Source: Reclinomonas americana ATCC 50394
Taxonomy: Eukaryota
Assembly: GCA_048213135.1 (NCBI GenBank)
Contig: PS015106.1
Span: 27,192-91,191 of the forward strand
DNA length: 64,000 nt
Reading direction: 5' to 3'
This document shows positions 27,436 through 40,000 of the stretch, piece by piece. The position numbers and the translations under genes were made by a program. Position 1 is the stretch's first letter. Each line of letters begins with the position of its first letter. Below the pieces are notes generated by a model that made no database searches, was not told where the DNA came from, and saw only the letters and a list, made by a program, of their open reading frames with translations.

Positions 27436-29921
27436 ATGCGACGACACAGGACAGTGGCTCACCGTGGTGCGCCTCCACCTCCTCCACTGGAGCAACTGGT
27501 GGTCATGTCGCCGACATTCATCAGTCGCACGGAGAAGTATGGAGCCTCGGTGCAGCCTGTGCTCGGCATCAAGCCACCGCCTACAAGTAGTCACGCTGTT
27601 GATGATGATGATGAAGGCTATGATGGAGGGGATCAGCTGCAACAGCAACGGCAACGAGACGAGGAGCTGTTGGCCATGAGCAGACGGCGATCGTCGATTG
27701 CGGTAGTTGCTCCGTCGGCGACGGCCGCGGGAAGGAGAGGTCGTCGCGCGAGTGCAGAGGATGCGTTTAGCAATGCGACGCTGGAGAGTGGGAGCGGCGG
27801 CGGCGGCGGTGACAGTGGCAGCAGTCGGATGGAGAGCGATCGCGAGAGCGGTGGAGTCGAAGCGTTGATGAGAATGCCGTCCGGTCGAGGTTCATTCGCC
27901 TGTCTCTGTTTGCTCTGTCATTGTTAGTTGCTGACTGTGCGTGCGCAGGCGCGTTCATGTCGGCGGAGATCGTATTTGAGCCGGCGCTGTCGTCGTCGGG
28001 CGGCAGTCACACGGGGTCGGTGTCGTCGGTGACGTCGCGCACGGGTGCCAGCCACATGTCGAGTGTGATTGCGAGCGAACGGAGTGGCCTGCGTGGGGCG
28101 GCGGTGGTGCCGAGCAGTCGACATGTGTCGCTGTCGTCGTGGCAAGATGCTACGGGCGGCAATGAGGATTACACGACGCTGTCGCGGCACTCGTCCGAGT
28201 CGTCGTTTGGCGACTCGTCGCGGCGGCCGCCGAGCTCCAATGTCAGCGAGGGTCGTCGTGCCTCGGAGTCACTGGCCATTCACGAGGGCACGGGCCAGCT
28301 GCGCCCGGTCACGGCTCAAGTGGAGATGCCGTTGTCGGCCGTGCTGTTTCCGCGCAGTGGCAGCAGTTCGCGCATGACGGCGTCTCGGCGCTCGTCGCAC
28401 TCCTCGTCAGGTCGCTCGCTGCTCGCCTCTCGGCGCTCCTCCCACTCGTCGTCTGGTCGGTCGTTGGTGGCGGCTGGCCAGCGGGCGGCGGCGCTTCTAG
28501 ACACCACCAACATTATCATGGACGAGGAGGAGTCGGAGGAAGAGGAAGACGAAGACGAAGAAGAAGAAGAGGAGGAAGAGGCAGCGGCGGCAGAAGGCCA
28601 AGGACACGCAGCAAGAGATCGAGAGCAAGGGCGTTCTCGGAGTGGCAGTGGTGGCGACGGCGACGGAGACCACGGCATGTGGGCGCGGAAGCGCGAACGT
28701 GCATCCGACAAAACGGGTGACACGACAGCGTCGCGTGGCATGGCCATTGATCTGTCGTCGATGCACGCCGAGGACATTGAGGATGGAGACGACAGCGAGC
28801 AAGGACCGTTCACACCGGGTGCTGGGCCGTCGCCGTCGCGCCCCTCGATACCGGCAGCGGCCGACTCTCACCTTTATCACCGACAACCTCAGTCTGCCTG
28901 GGCGGCCTCGGCGCCGGCTCCACCACCTCCGTCATTAGCTGCTGATTCGCGACAGAGCAGCCGCCACTATCAGCAACAACAACAACAACCGCCGCAGCAG
29001 CAACAACATCACCAGCCGTCGTATCAACAATTACCGTCACCTGCTTCATTATCGCCGTCGCTTTCACAACAGTTCCGTCAACATTCCCAGCCTCAGCAAC
29101 AACAACAACTGCCGTTGTCGCATTTCCACCATCGACACAACACCATATTACTGCATCAATCTCCGGCCAACGTCGCAGCAGCGCCCATGCTTCCCGCACC
29201 GCCATTACTATACCACGCGCATCAATATCACGCGCCGCCGCAGTTTACACCTCTCGCTGGCTACGGTTCCGCGTCTTCGTCGTCCTCGTCAACCTCGTCG
29301 TCACCGCTGCCGATGTCGTCGACACCATCGCCGGCAATGTCACCTGCGCCATCGCCCTCCATAATGTACGGGGCCGGTGGCAGTCGGAGTGGCAACAGAA
29401 GTCCGGTGCTGCACGGCCGCAGCGGTGCTTACGGGCATGCCTCGCCGCCGGCCACTGGCCCGCTCGCCACCATCCACGCACTCCGGCAACAAATGGGCTT
29501 GGTCGCCGACGCGGAAATGATGTCCATGGACGAGACGGAGGCCGCCGAGGCCGCCGCAGCCGCTGCGGTACTCCAGCAAGTGCGGATGAGTGCGCCATCG
29601 GACATTGGCGCGCTGATGCGGCAGGCGCCGCCGCGGCACTCGTCGGATGTGGAGATTCAAGAGTTGATATCGCGGAGCATGGGCGCTCCGGGCTCCGCTG
29701 CACCCACGCCCCCCCTCAATGATTCTTTAGGGAGCGACCGGGACGCAGACGGCGCTGCGGGAGACGGCGGCGACGGAGCGAGTGGCGATGACGGCTTTAG
29801 TCGAGCGAGTGGCAGTGGCACGGAGGAGAGCGGCAGTGTGGATGGGTCGCGGCCGATGGATGCTGATCAGGAGGGTCTGCGAGAGGCACGGCGATCGCTG
29901 GCTCGCGCTTTGTGGAGATAG
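27436..29921 (+). CDS. Unknown intrinsically disordered Ser/Ala/Gln-rich protein
   Basis: ORF 27436-27889 is spliced to a long exon ~27949-29921. It has many RRxS motifs plus acidic and poly-Q tracts, with no recognisable domain. Confidence 0.6.
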
Positions 29922-30407
29922 AAGTGGTGGTAATAGTCTGGCCCATACCGGTAATGATGCTTTCTTTTTCACTGTTAGTGGTTGTTGATATTGCTGCCAT
30001 GCATTCGTCACTCTCTATCTTCTCCGCTCGTCGTAATCGTTGTCGATTTTCTGCTCTGCGTCTCGGTTTTCTTTTTTGTTTGATTTCTTTGTTGTTTTGT
30101 TGTTGTTGTTGTTGTTGTCGCTTGTTTGCTTGCAGCGTTAGGCATAAGTTTTGAATACGAGAAGAGAGTACATGAAAAGCACACATCCACGTATATCACT
30201 TGCTCTGCTGCTGCTGCTGCTGTTGTTGTGTTGGACTTGAGCTGCCAGCAGCCTTCTTGTGCGGTCGCACCTCGGCCACCAGGTGAGCCACGTACGCCAG
30301 CAGCCCACTGCCGGTGAGCACCAGCAGCGTCCAGTACGACTTTTGATGCAACGAGTCCTACCACACAATGCTGCATGTCAGCGCACCGAGACAAGAAGAA
30401 GAACCGG

Positions 30408-30830
30408 TTACAAAGAGCGCACCTTTCTAAAGTCACTGAGACGACCTCCAAAGAGCGCCAGCCACGCGACCAAGACCACTTGTGTGGACAAGATCAGCGG
30501 GCGATTGGTGGGTGCCAGGAACAAGATGAGTGCCAAGAAGAGCGACGCCAGCAGCAGCGACAAGGCCGAGAACTCGTAATGCATGTAGAAGAAGCGACGA
30601 GCGAGGCTAACAAAGCTCGTGAGAAAGGATGCGGAAGGGAAGCAGAGTGGAGCAGGAACGCAACTCGGCATTGGCACCGAGCGAGTCCACGTAATGAGTG
30701 AGCTCATCCATGTGCACCGTCCCTTCGCCACTCTCCTTGACACCAAAGAACGCCATGTTGCCGGGTCGATCGAGGTTCCACGGGTCGGGCGACATGAGCT
30801 GCAGAGTGGCCAGCATCAGCCCGAGGGTCG
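30408..30830 (-). CDS. Partial unknown gene with hydrophobic C-terminal segment; 5' part in gap
   Basis: Exon LQLMSPDPWNLDRPGNMAFFGVKE...LGANA, a GTTGCG donor at 30664, then FSALSLLLASLFLALILFLAP. Confidence 0.4.
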
Positions 30831-30842
30831 CCGCTGTGAACG

Positions 30843-30900
<58 letters not shown>

Positions 30901-31759
30901 NNNNNNNNNNNNNNNNNNNNNNNNNNNNNNNNNNNNNNNNNNNNNNNNNNNNNNNNNNNNNNNNNNNNNNNNNNNNNNNNNNNNNNNNNNNNNNNNNNNN
31001 NNNNNNNNNNNNNNNNNNNNNNNNNNNNNNNNNNNNNNNNNNNNNNNNNNNNNNNNNNNNNNNNNNNNNNNNNNNNNNNNNNNNNNNNNNNNNNNNNNNN
31101 NNNNNNNNNNNNNNNNNNNNNNNNNNNNNNNNNNNNNNNNNNNNNNNNNNNNNNNNNNNNNNNNNNNNNNNNNNNNNNNNNNNNNNNNNNNNNNNNNNNN
31201 NNNNNNNNNNNNNNNNNNNNNNNNNNNNNNNNNNNNNNNNNNNNNNNNNNNNNNNNNNNNNNNNNNNNNNNNNNNNNNNNNNNNNNNNNNNNNNNNNNNN
31301 NNNNNNNNNNNNNNNNNNNNNNNNNNNNNNNNNNNNNNNNNNNNNNNNNNNNNNNNNNNNNNNNNNNNNNNNNNNNNNNNNNNNNNNNNNNNNNNNNNNN
31401 NNNNNNNNNNNNNNNNNNNNNNNNNNNNNNNNNNNNNNNNNNNNNNNNNNNNNNNNNNNNNNNNNNNNNNNNNNNNNNNNNNNNNNNNNNNNNNNNNNNN
31501 NNNNNNNNNNNNNNNNNNNNNNNNNNNNNNNNNNNNNNNNNNNNNNNNNNNNNNNNNNNNNNNNNNNNNNNNNNNNNNNNNNNNNNNNNNNNNNNNNNNN
31601 NNNNNNNNNNNNNNNNNNNNNNNNNNNNNNNNNNNNNNNNNNNNNNNNNNNNNNNNNNNNNNNNNNNNNNNNNNNNNNNNNNNNNNNNNNNNNNNNNNNN
31701 NNNNNNNNNNNNNNNNNNNNNNNNNNNNNNNNNNNNNNNNNNNNNNNNNNNNNNNNNNN

Positions 31760-34031
31760 AGCGGGAGAGTAGCAGTGTTGCCTCTGCGGAGTTGCTGGCG
31801 GTGGAGAACAGGGAGCTGCGGGTGGAGCTGGAGGAGCTGAAGAAGGAGTTTGTCGATCTCAGGAATCAGGAGGTGGTGATTGAGAGGCTGCAGACGGAGC
31901 TGATGGAGATGCGGGCAGAGGTGAGGCAGCGACGAAGCGCGTGTGCACTCTGCAGCTGCACTCCTTCTGTCTCTCAAGCACGCGAGAGTGCAGATTGAGC
32001 GCAAGGTGAATGAAAAGGTGAAGCAGCGACAGACGGTGTGGCTGGAGGAGCACCGAGCGGAGCTGGAGCTGAGCCGCACGCGGTGAGGCGCTGTCATGCT
32101 GCTGCTGGTGTGCGAGTGTTTGTCTCTGACGCACGCACAGCGAAGCAGCCGCGCGATCCGAGGCCGAGACGCTCCGTGCAGAGAACGGCAAGCTGCGAGT
32201 GGAGGTCACCGAGTTGAAGACGAGTCTGTTTGCGGCCAAAGAGAAGCAGAGTGAGTGAGTGGCGAGTAGCAGAGCACGGTGAAACTTCTTCCCTCACTGT
32301 TGCCATTAGGTGGCACGGACACTGGACTGCAGGCGCAAGTCGACTTCCAGTCGGCGGAGCTGGAGCGCCTGCAAGGCGAATTGCACACGGCTAACGAACG
32401 AGCGGTTTGTCGGCAGCCGCCTACGCTATCCCGCCGTTTCTTTCCTACGTTGTTGCTGACCTGTCGCCAGACACAGAGTGCCTCCAAGCAGGCCTCGGGG
32501 CGAGAGGACAGGTACATTCTGATTGCAGCATTCATCACGAGTTGTGTCAATCACCGATTCTTTCTCGCATGCGCAGTCAGGCACGCGCAGTCGACGAGGA
32601 GTTCCGGGAACTGGAGCAGTCGTTGCGTCGAGAGCTCGACGCAATGCGCGAGTACTCGGCGCAGCAGGAGCAGGAGCATATGGCCACAGAGAATGCACTC
32701 ATTCAGCAAGTGGCTGCTCTGCGCTCCGCTGTCGCCACCAAAGTGCGTTGGACTGTGTGTGTGTGTGTGTGCGTGTGCTTCTAGGAGGGGAGGATACATC
32801 CTTTGCCAACAATACCACGTGCAGGAGAAGCAAGTTCTGCAACTAGAAAAACAGATCGAAGAGGCGCCATCACGAGAAGACTTTGATCGCGTGCGGTCGC
32901 AACTGCGTGTGTTGGAGGCCATGCAACTGGACGGCGATGGCGGTGATGGCGACGTGAGTGCACTGGCGCTGGAGAGCTCCGCTGATGGCGTATCAGCGGA
33001 AACAATTGCGGGCTTGCGCATCATGGCCCGCCGATTGCAGGACCAGGTCGTGCAACACAAGGTACGCGGTGGACAACTTCTTCGCCGTTGCTACTGTGAC
33101 CAGTGCCTCCGAAATGACTCAGCATGCCACTCCTACTCCCAGAATGCCCTGCAAGAGCGCACCGACGAGCGTGACCGCCTTCAGCAGCAGCTCATCGCTG
33201 CGGAGACGCTCAGCTCTGATTTGCGTGCCGAAGTCGCCCGGCTGGAGGCGGCCAGCGAGCTGACTGCTGCACAGGCCGCCCCGTCCTTCGCCTTGTCGAC
33301 TGTGATTACTGCTCCACACAAGGTATGTGTGTGCGTGTTCTTGCTTTCGATTCTGCACGCTACGTGTCACCCACGTTGCTCGACCGCAGCAGGGCGACAG
33401 CGACGCCGAAGCCATGCTCAAAATTGTGACGGAGCAACGGGAACGGCACAAGCGCAAGTGTGCCGAACTGCAAGAGGTGAGAGTCGGCCGATGCTTCCCC
33501 CGTCGCGTGCTTTGTGCGTTCTACGCCTTCTCACAAACACGCTTGCAGGAGGTCAACCACGCCAACGAACAGCTGTTCTTGACGCGACACGAAAACGAAA
33601 AGCTGACAGCCGACAATGTCAAGCTGTACGAGAAGATTCGCTTCCTGCAGAGTTACAAGGAGCGAGAGAGCGGCGGCTCTGCGTCGTCGTCCACGCTGTC
33701 CTCGGCTGCTGCGCGGCTCTCCGACCCCACAGAAACCAAGTACCGGCGTCTGTATGAGGATCAAGTGCACGTCGATCCGTACATGTCATTCAAGGCCAAT
33801 GTGCGTCCTTTTGCAGCCCATCGTCTCACCTTTTGTCACCTCGTAACGCCCGCCCTGCACGCACAGGAACGAGACGACAAGCTGCGGTCGCTGAATGCGG
33901 CGGAGCGCGTGACGTTGACCGTGTCGCGCATCATGCTGGGCAGTCGATACGGTCGGCTGTTTCTCCTCGTGTACTCAGTGCTGCTGCACTTGCTGGTGGT
34001 GGTCATCTTGTACAGATACGGTCGGCGGTGA
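31760..34031 (+). CDS. COY1: Golgin CASP / Coy1 (5' part in gap)
   Basis: Coiled coil. MLKIVTEQRERHKRKCAEL and LTADNVKLYEKIRFLQSY are CASP_C motifs, followed by KY...YE...DPY..F and a C-terminal TM YSVLLHLLVVVILY with the conserved Y/H. Confidence 0.9.
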
Positions 34032-34070
34032 TAACAGTGATTATAGATTCATTATATTTTCGCATTCTTG

Positions 34071-37000
34071 TTATTCCTCGCCGGAGCGAGGCAGTTGGAG
34101 TGGTGCCAGTCTAACTGGCACAAAATGCCTCCCTTCATCCCCAAGCTCACTCGGGTCACTGGAATCGAAAAAGGCGGAGTTTGTGACGCCGGTTGGCGAC
34201 ATGGTTGTGGGCGACAGCGGCTCCGCGTCCAAGGCCGCTCCATCGATCTCGGCCTCGTCAAGCACACTGGCGACGATTTCGAAATTCACGCCGCGTCGAC
34301 ACCACTCGCGCACGTCAAGGCCGTCGACTGCCTCGTGCTCGAGGCCGGCAAACTGGCCTTCGTCAATGTTCGACGAGCCGGCAAGCAGGACCACAAACTC
34401 GTCAAAGTCAATGCACTGTAAGCAGCAAAAGGCGAGTCTGTGTCAGCAGTTGCACAGAGAGCGGAAGTGAGAGATTTTAGGCACGGGTGCACGCAACTCC
34501 GTCGCCGTCGTCGTCAAACTCTGTGGTCATGGCCACGAGGTCGGCGTACGACCGCATCTCCCCGACTTCTTCGAGAATGGCACGCAGTTCGTCCTGGTCG
34601 ATCTTGCCACTGCCGTCGGCATCGTACGTGTTGAACACCTCGCGCAGCTCTTCCACCGAAGACCCTTGCAGCGATGACACANNNNNNNNNNNNNNNNNNN
34701 NNNNNNNNNNNNNNNNNNNNNNNNNNNNNNNNNNNNNNNNNNNNNNNNNNNNNNNNNNNNNNNNNNNNNNNNNNNNNNNNNNNNNNNNNNNNNNNNNNNN
34801 NNNNNNNNNNNNNNNNNNNNNNNNNNNNNNNNNNNNNNNNNNNNNNNNNNNNNNNNNNNNNNNNNNNNNNNNNNNNNNNNNNNNNNNNNNNNNNNNNNNN
34901 NNNNNNNNNNNNNNNNNNNNNNNNNNNNNGGTTGCTGCTCATATGTAACGCTGCGCAACTTTTGCATATCGTCCTTCGAGATGACAAAGGTGGCCTTGCG
35001 GTACACGTGCCCGAACTCGTCCAGAATAATGGCCACCACCAGGTTGAGGAACACAAAGGCCAGGAAGGCGTACACAAACACGAAGAATATGTACACCAGA
35101 GCCGGTTGGCCGCAGTTGGGCTCCGCACAAAACGGTTTTTGCACCGCAAGGTCGCGCATGACGCACTGCCAGTTGTCGGCTGAGGGGGAGCGCACGTGTC
35201 ACAAGGGCGGTAAAACAAACGCACAGCGGTTATAGACACAAAAGACGAAACCAGTTGTCACCCGCATGACCGTCAAGAAGGCGGGCACGAAGGAGCGGAA
35301 GTTGGCCTGTCGGTTGAGGCAGCTGCCGAAGCGTACGGTGCCGAACTGTTGCACGCCGAGTGTCGCGAAAATCACCACAAAGATGAAGAACACAAATGTG
35401 GTGTTGATCAGTCGCGGCAGCGCGGAACTGTACGAAAGTTCGAGGGTTAGACGCAGATATAACACGGCGTTCTCGTCGAGCAGTCAGGGAGCACGCAACA
35501 TCAAGGTCTCGAAGATGAGCCGCGTCGGCCGGTAAATGTGCACGAGACGCAGAATTCGCAAGATGCGCGAAATGTCTTGAATGGCGTACCCCACCGACGC
35601 CACCTCAGACACACTGCTGAATGTCATGAACCAGCCGAGCCAGGAGCCGACAATGATGGAAAAGTCAAACACATGCCATCCCGATTGCATGAAATATCCG
35701 CTGTGTGCAGATAGGCAGACGCATCCTGTCAGTCTCGCGCAGCAACTCTAAAGCACGCACAAATTCAATAAGAAAACGCACCCTGGTAGATAGGCTGTCA
35801 TGCGAATCACGGCTTCGACAGTGAACACGGCGAGGAACATGAAGTTTCCGATGTTGATGGCATCCGAGACAGCCTGCGACTGACCAAAGTGGCGCACTGC
35901 CAACAGGGCGGTGTTGCCGACCACACAAAAGAGGATGGCACTGCATCGCGCACAATATTATCGAATGCTGTCTTTCTTGTGAAGAGGCAAGAAGAGCAGC
36001 AAGAGAGACGCAACGGCTCAAACCACTTGCTTTCGCAGCAAGCCAATGCCAGTTTACGGACGCGGCTGCGCGCTTCGCGTGCCGTCGGTGGCAGTGCCTG
36101 GAGCAGAATGCCACGTCGAATGTCGCGCCACGCACGCTGCGTATCGGTGAGATACGCAGTACCCACTTGCATTTGCATGTTCTGAACCACGATGGCGATG
36201 AAGATGTTGACCAGGAAAAAGTTGGCGGTGAGCACGAAAGCCACAAAGAACACCGAGTAGTAGGGGGCGCTGTTGGTGACCGGTGCCTGGCCTTGGCCTG
36301 TCATGCTGGTCGTGGCCCACAAGACCGGTGTCCAGTTGCTGAGAGTGGATGACTCGAACAGAACCAGCAGCGAATTGGCGGTGTTGTCGAAATTGTAGTA
36401 TGGTGTCTTCCACGTGCGCGGAGCCACCACTCCAAGCGAGTTGGTGTAGTAGCCGAAACAACTGGTCTGATTGAGTGCACTATCGCTGCATCGGTAGAGA
36501 CCGCCAGCGAACAAGTTGACGCCAAACAGGGCAAACAGGAGGTAGATGAACAAGCCGACAATGGCGACGTTGAGTAGCTGACTGGAGGCCTTGCCGAGAG
36601 ATTCGAGCACAACCTGTGCGCCTGGGAGGAGAGAGACAATTGACGGTAAGGGAGTGACGGCGATGTGATGCAGAGAACAAAACGCACCTCGATTCCGTTT
36701 GAAGAGACGGAGTACTTTCAAGCAGCGAAGCGCGTCGAAACCGGCAATATGCAGCAATTCACCGTACAGTTCGATGAGCAGCAGCAGATCCAGCCAGTTC
36801 CACTTGCTACGCAGATAGCCGTCGGGGCTGAAGAGGACGCCGTGTGCCACTGTCTTCAACACAAAGTCCAACGAGAACACCACCGCCAGCACGTAGTTGG
36901 TGATGTTGAGTGCACGCAACACATCCGGCGAGTTGTCATCGTCAGCGTGATTCAGAATCAGGAACGCCAGCGTCACCAATGTGGCCAGCAACACTGTCCA

Positions 37001-40000
37001 GTTCCACACCGTGGATTCCACCCACACATGAGCGATTTTGCGGACGGTGTTGTTGGGCCCGAGCCAGCCGAACGAATAATCGGGGAATTGGTTGTCTGCA
37101 AGCAAGTGCTGTGCGTGAGCCATCACCCGATACACAGCTACCTTCCATAGCAGTGACGCAACTCAAGATCGACTTGTACCGATCAGTCTCGCCCAGACCA
37201 TTCAGCCTAGTCACCTTGGTCATGCTGCAGTGATCGATGATCAGACAACATAGTTCTGGCATGGCGGTGCACACGACAGTAAGGGCGGTTCCTCACCTGC
37301 TCATCTTGTCGTCCTTCTTAGGCGCTTTTTCCGGATCCACATCGTCAACTGCTTCCTCTTCTGCCTGCTCAACGACGAAGCCGCAGCCAATCAACAGACT
37401 GCGACCGCACGTCCGCTTCGTCGGTTGCTTGATCTTGCGAGCGCGAACAGTAGTCTTTTCCCATCGTGAGGCATCGTAGTACATCTTGCAGCGGCGCTCG
37501 TACTCCTCTGGGGTCTGTCCCGGTGGTCCACTGTCATCCGAACCTATCAGCAAACCACAGAGCTTGTGAGTTGTCTTCTCTTACAGAACACAGGCTGACT
37601 TTGCAACATGTATCCGCAACTCGACGAAGAGGAATAACCGTCGTCGTCGTCCTCTGGCTCGCCCTTCTCGGACGGAATCGCAGCCGATTGAACAGATGCC
37701 GCTGACACCAGAAGCGTCGGCTTGTTGGCTGCCGACACGAACAAACTGTCGGTTCGTGACTTGCCAAACTGCGCAATGTTGCTCGTGCTGTCGGCCATGC
37801 TTCCGACAGCTGGCAGCACCTTGCCACGCGTGCTCTGCTTGGACGACGGTCGTGAGCTCTGCTTCGATGACGGCCGTCCACTCCTCCGCGCCGTGTGTTC
37901 CTCTCGCGGCTGGCAAAACATGATGCGGAACAGTCGTCGTAGCGCCATGTAGAGGCGGAACAGGGTGGTGATAGGCAACTGCGCAGTGTTCACACGCACA
38001 CCAACATCAGTCAACATGGATCACCAAAGAGGAGTGTGGGAGGAATGCGAAACCTTTCTCTTGCCGCTTGCCTCGACATCCATCACCTCCTGCTGCTGCA
38101 TGCGCTGCTTGGTGTCTTGGTCGACATCGAACGCCTCGACGATGATGGCCAAGAACAGGTTGATGACAATGACTGGTGAGAGAAAGCACAAAGCAGTGTG
38201 AGACTGCCTGTGGATTCCACCCTTCCAAAATCATCACAGCATACGCAACATTTGGCAAAGAGAATGTAACACACAAAGTAGAGGATCGTCGACAACAGGC
38301 GCTCGCTCATCAGTGGGTAAATGAGATATGGCCAGCCGTCTGCCGACATTAGCTGGAACGGAAGCGTTATCATGCGTGTGAGAAAGAAGACGGATGACCA
38401 TAGACTGCTCTTGAAGCCTGCAGCACAGACCTGAAATGCAACAATCAAGGCCTCCCAAAAAGTGGTAAACTGCCCGTACGATGTCGGAATGACCAAGTCG
38501 CCGAACAACTGCATGCCGATGATGCCGAACACGATCAACACAAAGGCGATGAAGATGAACACGTTGAGGATGCCTTCGATCGAGTTGCTGAGCTTGCTCT
38601 GTTGAGTGACGCAACACAGAACAGTGCAGGTGTAAGCAAGACAGATAAACAGTATGCGTCTGCGTTTGTATGACACGCCACGCACAATCAGTTCTCGTGG
38701 TCCCTTGAGACGCCGGAACAGTTTGAACAGGCGGAGCAAACGGAACGAGCGCAGCAGACTGAGATTCGACGAGGCCAGTACGACGCTGATTACCGAAGCG
38801 ACCACCACCACGAAATCAAACAGGAAGCGCCCTGGATGCCACACATCTAGCAGTTAGTCGCACTGACATTATGAAGAAAAGGAACGAGAACGAATGCCGC
38901 ACCCCAGCGGAAGTACTCGAGCGGGTTGCCGAGTGCGCACATGATGAGAACCATCTCCAGCGCAAACACGCAGGTGAATGCGATTTCCGAAATGTCTGCG
39001 TCACGGACGCAGAGCAGTTAAGTATCGCGCCCAGCGAGAAGCACTCACGAGCGCAAACGCACTGAGAAGTTCCATGAGTGCGTTGTCGGCCGGATATCTG
39101 TAGAGCACCATGAACGCCGTGTTGGCCACTGTGGGAAAAGAGGGGGAGTGGTCAGATGCAGTTCAACTGGGTAGATGATCTGCCTACGAACCGATGAACA
39201 AGCTGATGACAATCTCAAACGATGGCGACAGAATCCAGCGCTGAAGTCTGTGGACCCATTCGTAGCTGCCAATCAGGCGCATGCGGCTGAGCGGAGTTAC
39301 TTCGTCTTCCACGTCGATCACAACAACGGTAGAGATGTCCTCGGTACTCTTGGTGCGTCCAAACGCCACTGAGTTTCCCACACTCGGTCGTGCTCCTGCC
39401 GGCCACATTTCTCCCACAGAAGTGCTCGAGTACTGCACAAACAAGTGAGCGACATGCTGGTGGTGGCAGGAGAAGAAACAGGAGTACATCCACGAACCGC
39501 GCCGCCAGCCATGATGCGTCGACGAGCGACTTCCGCCAGTTCCTGTCAGCATCGAGTACAGTGAGTCGCTTATAATGCATCATTGTCGGAAACGCAGTCG
39601 CTGCTGACCTCTGAAGTAATCTGCAGAAACGAAATGCAATGCGCAGAAATGAGAAACGTTGCGAAAACACAGATTTCAGACGAAAAGAACTCACTCCTCG
39701 GGCTCGCACAAGATCTTCCTCCTGATCAGGAAGCTGAAACGACATACGGAAGAAATGAGTTGAACAAGCTGTGAAGGTATTGAGAAGGCGAAAGGGATTC
39801 TGCTACGCACCGACTCCACCGACAACTGGTTCTGACTCGGGACAATCTGCAGAGGCTGCAACACATGTGAGAAAACCAGAGACAACATTGGAGGAGTGAC
39901 GTTTTTTGCTTCACATACCTGCACACTGGCGGCGTCATCCCTGCTTGAGAATCCCTCACTCACCTGCGACTTGCGTCGCACAACGCGCACTGTCGCCTGC

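Noticed and set aside
30619-32097. Long ORFs spanning N runs (also at 887, 11009, 18843, 23234, 59458)
   Set aside because: They are artefacts of assembly gaps.
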